A stretch of DNA of 64,000 nucleotides from positions 94,648,228 through 94,712,227 of the forward strand of contig NC_068988.1 of NCBI RefSeq assembly GCF_001194135.2, given 5' to 3'. A model generated the notes under the pieces. The model searched no databases. It had not been told where the DNA came from and saw only the letters and a program-made list of their open reading frames with translations. Both the position numbers and the translations under genes were made by a program. This DNA is from Octopus bimaculoides. Lineage: Eukaryota. This document shows positions 25,780 to 37,364 of this stretch, piece by piece; position 1 is the stretch's first letter; each line of letters opens with the position of its first letter.

Positions 25780-26520
25780 CTCCGACTGGACATATACACT
25801 GGAAAAGACTTCCGCTTCCAGAATGATTGGGTGCTCTTCTTTGCTGTCACTTCTCACTAATGAACCTTTCTTGGACCGAATCGTGACTGGTGACGAGAAA
25901 TAGGTTCTCTATAAAAATGTCAAGCGCCTAAGTCAGAGGGTAGGGAAAAGAGAAACCCGGCAACCTAGGCCAAAGAAGGTCTTCACCCACGTAAGGTGTT
26001 GTTATCTGTTTGGTGTGGTATGAAAGGTTTAGTCCACTTTGAACATTTAAACCTAAACCAAATGATAACAAAGGAGATCTACTGCGAGCAGCTTGAGCGG
26101 CTTAAGTCAGTGCTAGAAGAAAAGCGACCATCTTTGGTTTCAAGACGACAGATGTTCTTCCATCGGAATAATACTTGGCCACATACAGCGAGGCTGGAGC
26201 AGTTTGAATGGGCAACAATGCCCCACCCATCATATACGCCGGACATTGCCCCATCTAATTATCGTTTTATTCCACAGTCTTCAAAATCATTTGGACGAAA
26301 GAAATATGAATTCTGTACACGAAGTGAGAACAGTGCTGGAGTAGTATTTTTCATCATGGACAAGTGAATTTTGGAAGCGTTGCTTTGCAAGTCTACCAGA
26401 TAGAAAGAAGAGCATTGTAGAAAATAAAGGAGAGTATATTTTAGATTAAAAAAGAACTTTGTTTATCTTAATTTTGAAAAACAAAAGAAATATTAAAAAA
26501 CCGCATTATTTAGTCTTATT
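25780..26520 (+). mobile_element. mariner (DD34D) transposase fossil
   Basis: FLDRIVTGDEK*VLY..LHPRKVLLSVWCGMKG..FHRNNTWPH..PHPSYTPDIAPSNY with stops, frameshifts and a short deletion. Confidence 0.92.
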
Positions 26521-27469
26521 AAAAGTGCGAAACAGTGTATTAGCAATTGGTTGATAACTGATGAAGAATTANNNNNNNNNNNNNNNNNNNNNNNNNNNNN
26601 NNNNNNNNNNNNNNNNNNNNNNNNNNNNNNNNNNNNNNNNNNNNNNNNNNNNNNNNNNNNNNNNNNNNNNNNNNNNNNNNNNNNNNNNNNNNNNNNNNNN
26701 NNNNNNNNNNNNNNNNNNNNNNNNNNNNNNNNNNNNNNNNNNNNNNNNNNNNNNNNNNNNNNNNNNNNNNNNNNNNNNNNNNNNNNNNNNNNNNNNNNNN
26801 NNNNNNNNNNNNNNNNNNNNNNNNNNNNNNNNNNNNNNNNNNNNNNNNNNNNNNNNNNNNNNNNNNNNNNNNNNNNNNNNNNNNNNNNNNNNNNNNNNNN
26901 NNNNNNNNNNNATATATATATATACGCATACACACATATACATACACACACACAAATATATATATATATATATATATATATTCAAACAATTATAAATATC
27001 TGTAAGCGTGTGCATGATTGTGGAGAGAAAGAAAGAGTTAGAAGTAGAGATAAGACATGCAGAAATATAAAATATCTGTTGGCTACAAGATATTATCCTG
27101 CAATCTGAAAACATACAGGAAAATATAATTAATTCCAGGCGCTTCTTCCTAACCGAGACGACACTCTGTAGACTCCATTCTGAAAATTACATGAAAAATC
27201 TTTTGAAACATAATTTGTCTTTATTATTAAAAATAGCAATTAACTTTGAAATGTTTATTGGAGCGCTTTTGTCCATGAGTAGAGATAAAAAATATTTATA
27301 ATTTCAATAGCGCCTCATCCATCGTAGTGCACTCATTTCCGTCAGATCTTTTACCATTTGTTCACATCCGTTTATAAGCGAAGTCCTATATACTCCCCTG
27401 TGCAAACCGCTAACCTTTCAAAGCCGCTTGGCAAAGATTGACCGTAAAATTAGCTGTGCATGCGCCCTA

Positions 27470-28231
27470 AGTTTTGAAATTCTAGCTCACTTTTGCTGTT
27501 TATAGCAGTGCTTGGAAGGAAGGTGTGTAGCGTATGATAGTCGCACTGACCATGACAGAGAAGGTTGTCGTGGTGGTACCTGCTCAGAGACCTACGCAAA
27601 GTTGCAAAAAGTGTATGGAGAGAAGCGTATGAGCCGCACACAAATGTACGAATGATTCACATGTTTCCAAGATGGCCGAGAAATATCGATAGTGATGAAC
27701 GTTCTGGGAGACCTGCAACTAGAAGAACTGAGAAAAACATCGCAGATGTGCATGCATCTGTGAGGGGAATTCGTCCATCGCCATCCTTGGGTAATCAAAG
27801 GATGTGAGGTTTAGTTACGTTTCAGTTCAGTCCATTATCACTGAAAATTTGGGTATGAAACGCATGTCTGCCAAGTTTGTGCCAAAACCGACCAAATAGA
27901 CACTGGGGTTTCAGTTGCACAAGATCTTGATTGTGTCGAGAACGATGAACACTTTTTGAAAACTTTACGTAGACCTCTGAGCAGTTATCGCCAAGCTTTT
28001 AGCAAAATCTGATGCTGATTCTCTGCTCAATTTACTGTCATGGTGAATGCGACGATCACACGCTACGCACGTTTCTTCGAAGCAATGCTGTAAACAGCGG
28101 AAGTGAGCTAGAACGTCAAACCTTAGTGCACATGCACTAACAGAGTTCAAGGTCAATCTATGCCAAACAGCTTTAATCTCTGTGATTTAGCTTCGCTACT
28201 ATAGTCCGGAAACGTATTCATCAGACTACGT
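27470..28231 (+). mobile_element. Internally deleted mariner-like element (N-terminal HTH plus right TIR)
   Basis: QKVYGEKRMSRTQMYE*F..FQDGRE..SDERSGRPAT (mariner HTH region); terminus AGTCCGGAAACGTATTCATCAGACTACGTA at ~28203-28231. Confidence 0.75.
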
Positions 28232-28387
28232 ATTTGGTATAACAGTAGATTCTAGTAAGTTAGACTCCAATACTAATGTTAATGGTGATTTCGGTGATAA
28301 AAGACTTTTGAAAAGTTTTCCTTAGTAATTATATGCTATGGTGTATATCAACAGTATTATAGACTTACAAACCACTTTGCAGCCGCA

Positions 28388-28475
28388 CTGATAAAGGGAC
28401 CAAGAGTCCTGAAATTCCTATATATATATATATATATATTACACGATGGCTTGGCCGAAACGTCGAAGTCACTGT
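28388..28475 (+). ncRNA. Two degenerate hammerhead-like motifs separated by (TA)n (Penelope-like terminal repeat remnant)
   Basis: CUGAUAA-aGGGAC(caaga)GUCCU-GAAA (28388-28414) and gaUGGC(uug)GCC-GAAAC-GUCGAA-GUC-ACUGU (28445-28475). Confidence 0.4.
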
Positions 28476-28627
28476 CAATAATATTCTTATTTAACAATAA
28501 CTTTGTATTCAATAAATGTATGTGGTAACCCATCAGATTAATGTAAAATTGTTTTTATCATAACTGACCACATAAAAGCAAAAACTAATGTGTGTGTGTG
28601 TGTTGTGTGTGTGTGTGTGTGTGTGTG

Positions 28628-28662
<35 letters not shown>

Positions 28663-28896
28663 TAGCTTGATTTATTTAATTTTCAGGAGTCTCATCGCAT
28701 TGGTTGCATTTATATATCATTATATATACACATATATATACTTTATGTATGTAAATATATACGTGTGTGTATATACGTATATATATGGATATACATACAT
28801 ATATAAACGTAGAGACAGACAGACAGGCAGACAGAGAGACAGACAGACAGACTGACAGAGACAGAGAGAGAGATTTATTAATATACATATATACTG

Positions 28897-28935
<39 letters not shown>

Positions 28936-30794
28936 NNNNNNNNNNNNNNNNNNNNNNNNNNNNNNNNNNNNNNNNNNNNNNNNNNNNNNNNNNNNNNNNN
29001 NNNNNNNNNNNNNNNNNNNNNNNNNNNNNNNNNNNNNNNNNNNNNNNNNNNNNNNNNNNNNNNNNNNNNNNNNNNNNNNNNNNNNNNNNNNNNNNNNNNN
29101 NNNNNNNNNNNNNNNNNNNNNNNNNNNNNNNNNNNNNNNNNNNNNNNNNNNNNNNNNNNNNNNNNNNNNNNNNATATATATATATATACATAATCTCGTG
29201 GGGAAAGTAAAATGTACGAGTGAAGTCCGAACATTGATTTTCTTTTTTCGTTTTGCTTCATTTTCCTCTCTATTTTATGGCATTATTGTAATTGGATAGA
29301 ACATTTTCTTTCTTTTATTTTTATGCTTCTTTTACAGAGAACAATCTCATTTGACGGCTCAAGCGAATCTTGGATTTATTTGCAGTTCATTCAGCTGCAA
29401 TTAGAGAGGATCCGGGTCATAAATGAATGAATATATAACGATGATTAAGTGCCGATGATTTTCATGTTAGACGCGACGGATACGTATTGAATATCATTAC
29501 ACAGACGTAAAACACTCCTTCTCAGATTACGTTGCTCATTTTTCTATAGAGCCTTTCTCTTAAAACAAAATGTCTGAAGGCTAGAAGCCGCTCCAGCATC
29601 TGTTTACTGTATCACGGGATCAGTATTTTGAGTGAGCGGAATTCGACCGCATTCATTAATAAATGAGATCTCTGTTTTTGAAGTGAAAGGCCACGCCAGT
29701 TCAGCACCTTCATTTTCTTACTGTCGTTATAGCGTTCTGGATAGTCTCCCTGTTGTAGTTATTATCGCAGTTAATGTTTGATATTGTCAATTGTATTTGT
29801 TGTTGTTTTGTTATTATTATTTCTGTTTGCAAATATAAGATGGCAGATCATCCCATATCTGACATTCCAATCTAACTTTTATATTCTATAACTATTCTTA
29901 ATCTCAGTTTTGCATTTTGTTCTGTATCCCCTTACCTTCAATTATCATCTGTTCTTTCAGTGGATTCTTTCTCCCTTTCCTCCATCGGATTTGTTCCACT
30001 GGACAAATTTGTCATAGGGTTGCAAAAAGGAAGTTGTTTAGGTGCATCCTATTTATTTTGGGAACTAGCAAAAAATTATAATTATTCAAATTCTCAATAA
30101 AGTTCAAATTGTTTTCTAATCATTCAAATATTAAGCCAGTAAGATAACATTCCACTATAGTAAAAACTTTTCATTATAAACAACACATTAATATGAGTCT
30201 CATAACCCACTGAGTCGTACGGGCGCCATGTTAAGACATCAGTTTTCTGTTGTGTATCTGTCTTTCATAAAGACATAGTTCATATCACGTGGTTTAAATC
30301 TAGACCCATTGAAGAAAACATTTTTTTGTTTCATTAACTGAAAGCTACCCTCACCTACTTTAATTAACTAGTTCTTCACTGTCGCTTTAGTTGTGAAATG
30401 TAAATCATTGTTACTGACAATAATAAACAGTACGTTATAACAATCATGAATTCTGACAACCCTAATATGAACCAAGAAAGCGGCGGGAAGTGAGAATAGC
30501 TGCAATATTGTAATTTTGACGAGGGTTTTCAACGTTTATTCGACTTTTGTTAGTGAATACGTTCGGATCCCTCTCCCTTAAAATGCTCATCGCCGTGATG
30601 CCTCATCGACATTTATAGCTTATCTAAATATGACTTCACCGTGTTAAACTAAGTCGATATGAAACACCATCTCCACAAATACCTAATATATGAAAAAAGA
30701 AACCAAACAATACCAGTTATTAACTTATAACTTTTAGATTCATTGGGTCAATATGGGAGACAACTCCGAATATGTTTCGATGCTATTATGAACA

Positions 30795-30960
30795 TAGCGC
30801 AAGTGTGGCTGTGTGGTAAGGAGTTTGCTTTTCAACCACATGGTTCCGGGTTCAGTCCCACCGCGTGGCACCTTGGGCAAGTGTCTTCAACTATAGCCTA
30901 GGGTTGTCCAAAGCCTTGGGAGTGGATTTGGTAGACGGAAACTGAAATATAACCGTCATG

Positions 30961-31000
<40 letters not shown>

Positions 31001-31219
31001 CAAGTGTGTGTACGTGTGTGTGTGTTTATGCCCTCACCATTGCTTGACAACCGGTGTTGATATGTTTACATCTCCGTAACTTAGCGGTTCGGCAAAAAAT
31101 AACGACAGAGTAAGTGCTTGGCTTTACAAAAAAAAGGCCTGGAGACGATTTGCTCGACTGAAATCTTCAACGTGGTGCTCCAGCATGACCGCAGTCAAAT
31201 GATCGAAACAAGTAAAAGA
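30795..31219 (+). mobile_element. Full-length tRNA-derived SINE, family B (internal microsatellite)
   Basis: A/B boxes TGGCTGTGTGG/GGTTCAGTCCC; central CCTTGGGCAAGTGTCTTC...GGATTTGGTAGACGGAAACTG; tail shared with 12388. Confidence 0.9.
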
Positions 31220-31510
31220 CAAAATATAGTAGAATGAATACTATGGAGGCTTTGTAGGAATATTCGATCAGAAAACCTAAAGAAATAAACGATAGCTAAA
31301 GAACACCCTACCGTTGATGCACCTGAAACAAAAGTTCCTTTTGGAAACGGTAAAAAGTTCTATGCAGCTTTTTTATAAGTTGGTCTACATTAATTTTGCA
31401 ATTTGATATTACAAACAAAATTTCGATTTTTAAATGTTATCCATTACTGACCGACCTTTGATATTCTCTCAACTTTCTAGCTTCTATCCAAAGTTCTCTA
31501 AGATTAAATT

Positions 31511-31625
<115 letters not shown>

Positions 31626-31994
31626 TTATTTATATTTTGCAATATCACTTCTTTCCATACATATACCCTCTATTAACGTCTCCGCTTTTTTTTTATTTAC
31701 TATTTTAAACAAGTCATATTGTCTTAGCCTGTTTATAGAAAACATTCTGCAATCTATCGAATTACCAAATTCTCCAATATTGATGATTTACAAGGGTGTT
31801 TTTATCTCTCCAACTTGTTTCATTCTTCCCGTCTTTCATTCTACCATTAATTTCCATATATAGGCGTACAAACATACATACCCCCACACACACATACATA
31901 TATATACATATATACATATATATATCCATATAAATATATGCATATATATATATGTATGTATATATTTATATGTATATATATGTATATATATCTC

Positions 31995-32190
31995 CAGCTG
32001 CTGTAGTCAACTCATCAAGTTTCTTGAGGACATCACCCGAGTTACTGATGGTGGCATTCATGGGTGGATGCTGTCTACCTTGATTTTTATAAAGCCTTCA
32101 ATTCTCTGCCGCACAAACGACTCATGGCAAAACTCTCTGCAATGGGTGTAAAGGATGATCTCTATAACTAACTGAAGTCCTTCATTCTCG
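31995..32190 (+). mobile_element. CR1-type LINE reverse transcriptase fragment
   Basis: [16 protein letters not shown]..-VDAVYLDFYKAFNSLPHKRLMAKL (cf. VDAVYLDFxKAFDxVPHxRL). Confidence 0.85.
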
Positions 32191-32434
32191 GTGTATACAT
32201 TTTTATAAGACGGTAATGTATGAATTGAGGGAGATTAGTCTGCTATTTCTAACGAGTGAAGGAACCAAATGTATGATTTTAAACTGCGGTGATACTTGTC
32301 AAAGTGAGGTAGACAAGAACGAAATTATTTAAGTTGCGTGAATAAATTTTGGTCATCAACCTCTTCTATGTGATTGTTTGGTGTCGATTAGTGTAAATGT
32401 TTCCATATGTAGCTTTCCAAAACTGCTGCAATGG

Positions 32435-32670
32435 ACGCCCATGGCTTAGTGGTTAGGGTAGTGGACTCTTGATTGTAAGACTATGGTTTCAATTCTTGGA
32501 TTGGGTAACGTGTTGTGTTCTTGAACAAAACACTTCATTTCGCGTTGCTCCAATTCACTCAGCTGGCAGACACGCGGAGTCCTGCGATGGACTAGCGACC
32601 CGTCCAGGTGAAGACTATATACGCCATGGAAACCGGAAAAACCGATCTTATAAGTCGGAATGACTCGACG
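32435..32670 (+). mobile_element. tRNA-derived SINE, family C (CORE-like central domain)
   Basis: TGGCTTAGTGG A-box; GTTCTTGAACAAAACACTTCATTTC..TTGCTCCA..CACTCAGCTG; matches 52920-53165 and the head of 46785-47089. Confidence 0.85.
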
Positions 32671-33209
32671 TTGAGCTTAAAGGAAAAAGTTGCTGTCGAA
32701 CGTTTTAAATATAGTCTCTCTTTGGCGGATATTAGCCTCTGAAAAGTTATACAATATCACCCATAATTATCTTACAAACATTATAAGAGGTTGAACTGAC
32801 ATAGAATAACAACATGTGTCTCCCAAATCGTTTCAACTTCAACAACATCCTAAGTAAATAAAGAGGTTTCTGATTACATCTCACTAGGAAGATTATTGTA
32901 ACTGCAATCAGAAAATAGCTGTCTCGTCAATTAATAAAACGATCTCAATGGAAATGAAACACTTTCTAACGACATTAACAGCAGTTGCTGCAATAATTTA
33001 TTCCTGTATTTGACACTTGTCCAGAGAGTAATGTTTCAAAAGATTTTAGAGATTCGACCAGAAAATATATTTTATTCTTCATTTAGTTTTCATTTATTGT
33101 TATCATCTTTCCTTTGATATTTTTATTTCTGTCCCTGCTTTGGATTAATTCTTCGTATTTTCATCATATAACTGTGTTTATCTGAATGTGTTTTATAATT
33201 TTTGTCTGA

Positions 33210-33262
33210 TGGTAGAAATGGTCTCCCAGTGTTAGACCATTTCTACCACTGGTAGAAATGGT
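33210..33262. repeat. Alternating inverted triplication (forward-reverse-forward) of TGGTAGAAATGGT
   Basis: Perfect 15-bp stem 33210-33224/33234-33248, then a third copy 33250-33262. Confidence 0.8.
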
Positions 33263-34465
33263 TAAACCGTGGAATAAATTTCCGACTACGGGTAACATTG
33301 TCACACACCAGATAGTGAGTCGTGAGAATAATTATCTTTCCATGGATTTCACCCAACTTTAATCTTTTGTGCTACCAAAACAAGGAACGATCCCCGAAGA
33401 CTTCCTTGACAAGAATTCATGTCCTTCACATGGAATTTTGGTGAGACAATAGGTAAGGGACATCGGGTTACTTTCCTATTTGTTTTTCTTTTTCAACAAT
33501 ATACAAGATACCATCATCTTGCCTATAACTAGTTCCGAAAGAATGAAGGAGTGAAGAATGAAGCAGTTCAGTATTTGACAATAATGAAAAGTAAAAGTAA
33601 CTTTAGTGACATATAAAATCAAATTCTAGAAAACCGGTTGGAAATACTAATATACGTTCTACTGCCTATCTAACGAGTCAACCAGTTCTCTAGATTTTGA
33701 CTATTTCTTTTCCATTAGAAGTGTGTACACTTGTGCCAGGAATAGGAGAGAAATCATTGAGGTTTCGTAAGAAAAGAAAACTGACAACGTTATAATCTTC
33801 CATATTTTTTTTTTCCTTTTTTTAAAGATCTCAGCAGAAAACCTGTTGCAGTTTATGCTTTCAGAGATCTGAGGTGTGTTTAGATGTGTTCATTTGTCCG
33901 GTATATCACATTGTTTATATTTATACTATGTTTCGATCGATTTTATTTCTCATCGAGTATTAAATTCTAAGATACGTATAAAGATAAATACTGAAATCGC
34001 ACGTAAGACTTGAGTTTCTGAACGAAGTTTCAGAAGGTTCTTTAATAAATACGAACATAGTTAACATATGTTAAGAAATAAGGTTTCTAGTTACAACAGT
34101 TTCAGATATGACACCAGGTAACAGCGTAAGACCAGCCCGTCTGAAACGTAGCGTAAATGTTAATGTTGCAAATATATAAAGACAAGAGATTAGTCGGACA
34201 CAAAATTATAATCTTAATCCTTTTATTTCTCTTCCGATGAATGAAATAGGTAAGAAGACGGACTTGACTCACATCTTCTGATAAGAAATTTCATAATTTG
34301 TCTGTCGTTTTATCATGATCTGTTGCTGTTCCAGTTTTAGTCTGCATTTCAGTTAATATACAACTTTTGTTGTTTCTTCTTCTTCTTTATAATTGTTAGG
34401 TACTATGACTTATTTTTTTAATTTGTCAGCTTCCTGAAAACAGTTTTTTGCTTTGTTCGTGTTTG

Positions 34466-34470
<5 letters not shown>

Positions 34471-34544
<74 letters not shown>

Positions 34545-34552
34545 CATCATCA
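34471..34552. repeat. (ATT)n(ATC)n microsatellite
   Basis: Directly visible. Confidence 0.95.
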
Positions 34553-35744
34553 TTGTAGTTATCTCTTATTGTCTGTTGTTTCCTTCGAAGTTTCACCGAT
34601 GCTTAGAAAACCAGCTACGGCGAAAACCTTGAATTGAACATAAGTATATACTTTTACATCTCCAACAAGTTAGGAGTCTTATATTTAGTGCATGTGTAGG
34701 TATGTGCACTTGTGTTTGTGTGTATGCATATGTGCACAAAAGCAATTTTTGCCTATCTACATACTCGTATAAATCTATGTGCGTGTTTGTACGAGAATAT
34801 CTTAAAGTAAGTTTGTATGTAAATGGTTTTAAAATGTATAAAAGAACAGAACAATCAATATTTACTGTGTGAGGTAAAAGTTAAGCAAATTTTGAAAATA
34901 CTCATTAAGAAGACATCGTTACCATAACAACGGTTAAATTGGTGGCTGAAACTAACACCAACAGAGGGAATCTAATTTGCTTCAGAACCTACTAGATTGT
35001 TGACTGCTAGATAGAACACCGGAAACTGGTTAATGACAACTACATCGATTTTAGTTTCAGGAAGAATGTCTACAGGTGAACACTCACACCGCAACAGTTA
35101 AATGGATTACAATGCTTTATCATCTCAAAACAAAACGTACCAGTTTACACTTCAGATGTTCCATTCTCTCCTGACAGTATTTCCATTAACGCCTTCTTTC
35201 CTGTTGCAGCGAGATTTCACTTATTATATAACGTCTTCAACATATATTTATACTTTTTATGGTTTTAGGTGTGTGATGGTCTTGCATCATAGTGATAAAT
35301 AGTCGTGTGCATAGTGTTCAGAATTGATAAATGACCGGCGTATTAGTCAGTTCAAATCCCGCTACAAACACCGTACTCCGTATGTATTTACAGCTAGTTT
35401 GGATTAATATCTCTTAACAAAATGTACTCTTCCATAGTTTCGGTTTATATATTTAACAAAAATCATAGAAACGCGTCGGGTGAGGTGAATCTGTAGTTGA
35501 ATGGTTGATTTAACCTCTTCCCGAGTTGATTTTACTGAAGTCCACTTTGTTACAAACACTCAGCTAGGATAATCCACGTGTTTTAACTTTTTAAAACCCC
35601 TCAGACTCGGAGATGAGGTAAAGAGATCCTATTTGCTAACCTCCAGATTAAATGTTACGTTTCTAATTCGCATATTTAAGTGCATCATTAACATTAACTT
35701 ACCAGCCGAATTTAAAATAAAATATTTCAAATTAAGTTTATATT

Positions 35745-36217
35745 TCAAATGTTAGACTTTGTGAAAATATCTCCAGATGTTTTGCAAACAATTTGCACAT
35801 ACAAGTGCTACCAATCGAGAACTCCGCATACCGGAAGTCAGCAATTGTACAGGGTCATCAAGAGAGAATGCGCGCCGTTTCGGGGCCTACCTCTCGACGG
35901 CATCAATGCGCACTGCCCTCATCCACGCAACTGATATGAGGCCCCGCTTGCTAGATCAACTGGTTATTAAATAAAGCTCAATATTCTTCTAGCTATCGCT
36001 CATCGTCTCTTTTTAAACAAATCCAGTGGCTAGCCTTTTCCACTGTAGTATGGATATCGGTCATGGTGGTATTTATCTTACGATGTGTTAGGCCTAACGA
36101 TAACAACAGTCGTCTCACACTGTGTCCAACGAACACTCTACAACCGACTTCGATTTGAAAATGCTCCGCTTTCCAACCTGCGTCTTCACAATCCTCGAGG
36201 AGGTTTACATAACGGTC
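35745..36217 (-). mobile_element. 3' end of RLE-type non-LTR retrotransposon (HERO/NeSL-like): restriction-like endonuclease C-terminus plus 3' UTR
   Basis: DRYVNLLEDCEDAGWKAEHFQIEVGCRVFVGHSVRRLLLSLG..VEKASHWICLKR* (cf. KY..C...GW....IEVGCRGF..S....L..LG..AEKASxWLWLKR); GC-rich UTR follows. Confidence 0.8.
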
Positions 36218-36261
36218 AAATACTAAAGCTCTATTGAAATAAGTTCTGAAAGAAAGGCAAA

Positions 36262-36748
36262 ACATTACATATTGGTTTCCAATTTTGGCGCAAGTCAGCA
36301 ATTTCGGGGATGGGGTGTTCCACATGGTTCCAATGGTACTTACTTTAATGACACCGAAAGGATGAAAAGCCAAGTCGACCATAACGGAATTTGAGCTCAG
36401 AACATGAAGACAGACGAAATGCCTCTTAGAATTTTATCCAGCTTGCTAAAGATTCTTTTCTACTATAGGCACGAGGCTCGGATTTTTTTGGAAGGGTGCC
36501 AGTCGATGATTAGATCGATCCCAGAGCGCAATTGGTGCTTAATTTATTGACCTCGAAAGGATGAAAAGCAAGGCCAGCAATTACAAGTCAATTACATCGA
36601 TTCCAGTGCTCAACTGCTACTTTTTCGACCCCAAAATAATGAAAAGCAAAGTCGACCTTGACAGAATTTGAACTCAGAACGTATGGATGAACGAAATACC
36701 ACTAAGCATTTTGACCGGCGTGCTAGCGATTCTGCCTGGTCACCATTT
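36262..36748 (-). mobile_element. Family A SINE multimer (three fused units)
   Basis: Three central domains (CTTTTCATCCTTTCG..GTC) in tandem; tail-to-head junction GTGCCTATAGTAGAAA|AGAATCTTTAGCA at ~36455. Confidence 0.8.
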
Positions 36749-37149
36749 TTCGTAAGGACAAAATTTTAGCTATAAGGAATAAGAAGAAAAAGAAGAAACT
36801 AGATTTGTGGACAGTGAGTACTTTGTAAAGATATAAATGAGTAATTCTCAACTTATTTTATGTTAAGAATAGTTAAACCCAGTTTTTATATATGTGAATC
36901 TTAACTAGTTTAGTTTTCTAGAAAAGTATAGGTGTCTTGTACATAAGAACAATATCAATGTGTGTAGGATCGAGCTAGAATACTTTGAATCGATCACAAT
37001 ATTTCTGGAGATTCTTACAAAATTTAACATCGATCTCGACAAGATCGAATCAAAGCGTATGAGAGTAATACAATTTAATCTTATTCCCTGTATCTCTCTC
37101 TCACTCTCTTTTTCTTTCTCTATGTTTTTCTATGTCTCACACACACATT

Positions 37150-37181
<32 letters not shown>

Positions 37182-37298
37182 GTGGGGTCGCTATCACATC
37201 TACCGTATTATTTCCTGGAAATACATTGCTATAGTTCACTGATATAGAAACGCCTTTGTAAATAAGATGCTGACTTTAAGAGATTTGTAATCATAGAT

Positions 37299-37364
<66 letters not shown>

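Noticed and set aside
29337-29430. Strong splice acceptor (long pyrimidine tract + CAG)
   Set aside because: No convincing donor or recognisable peptide; all frames close within ~30 codons.
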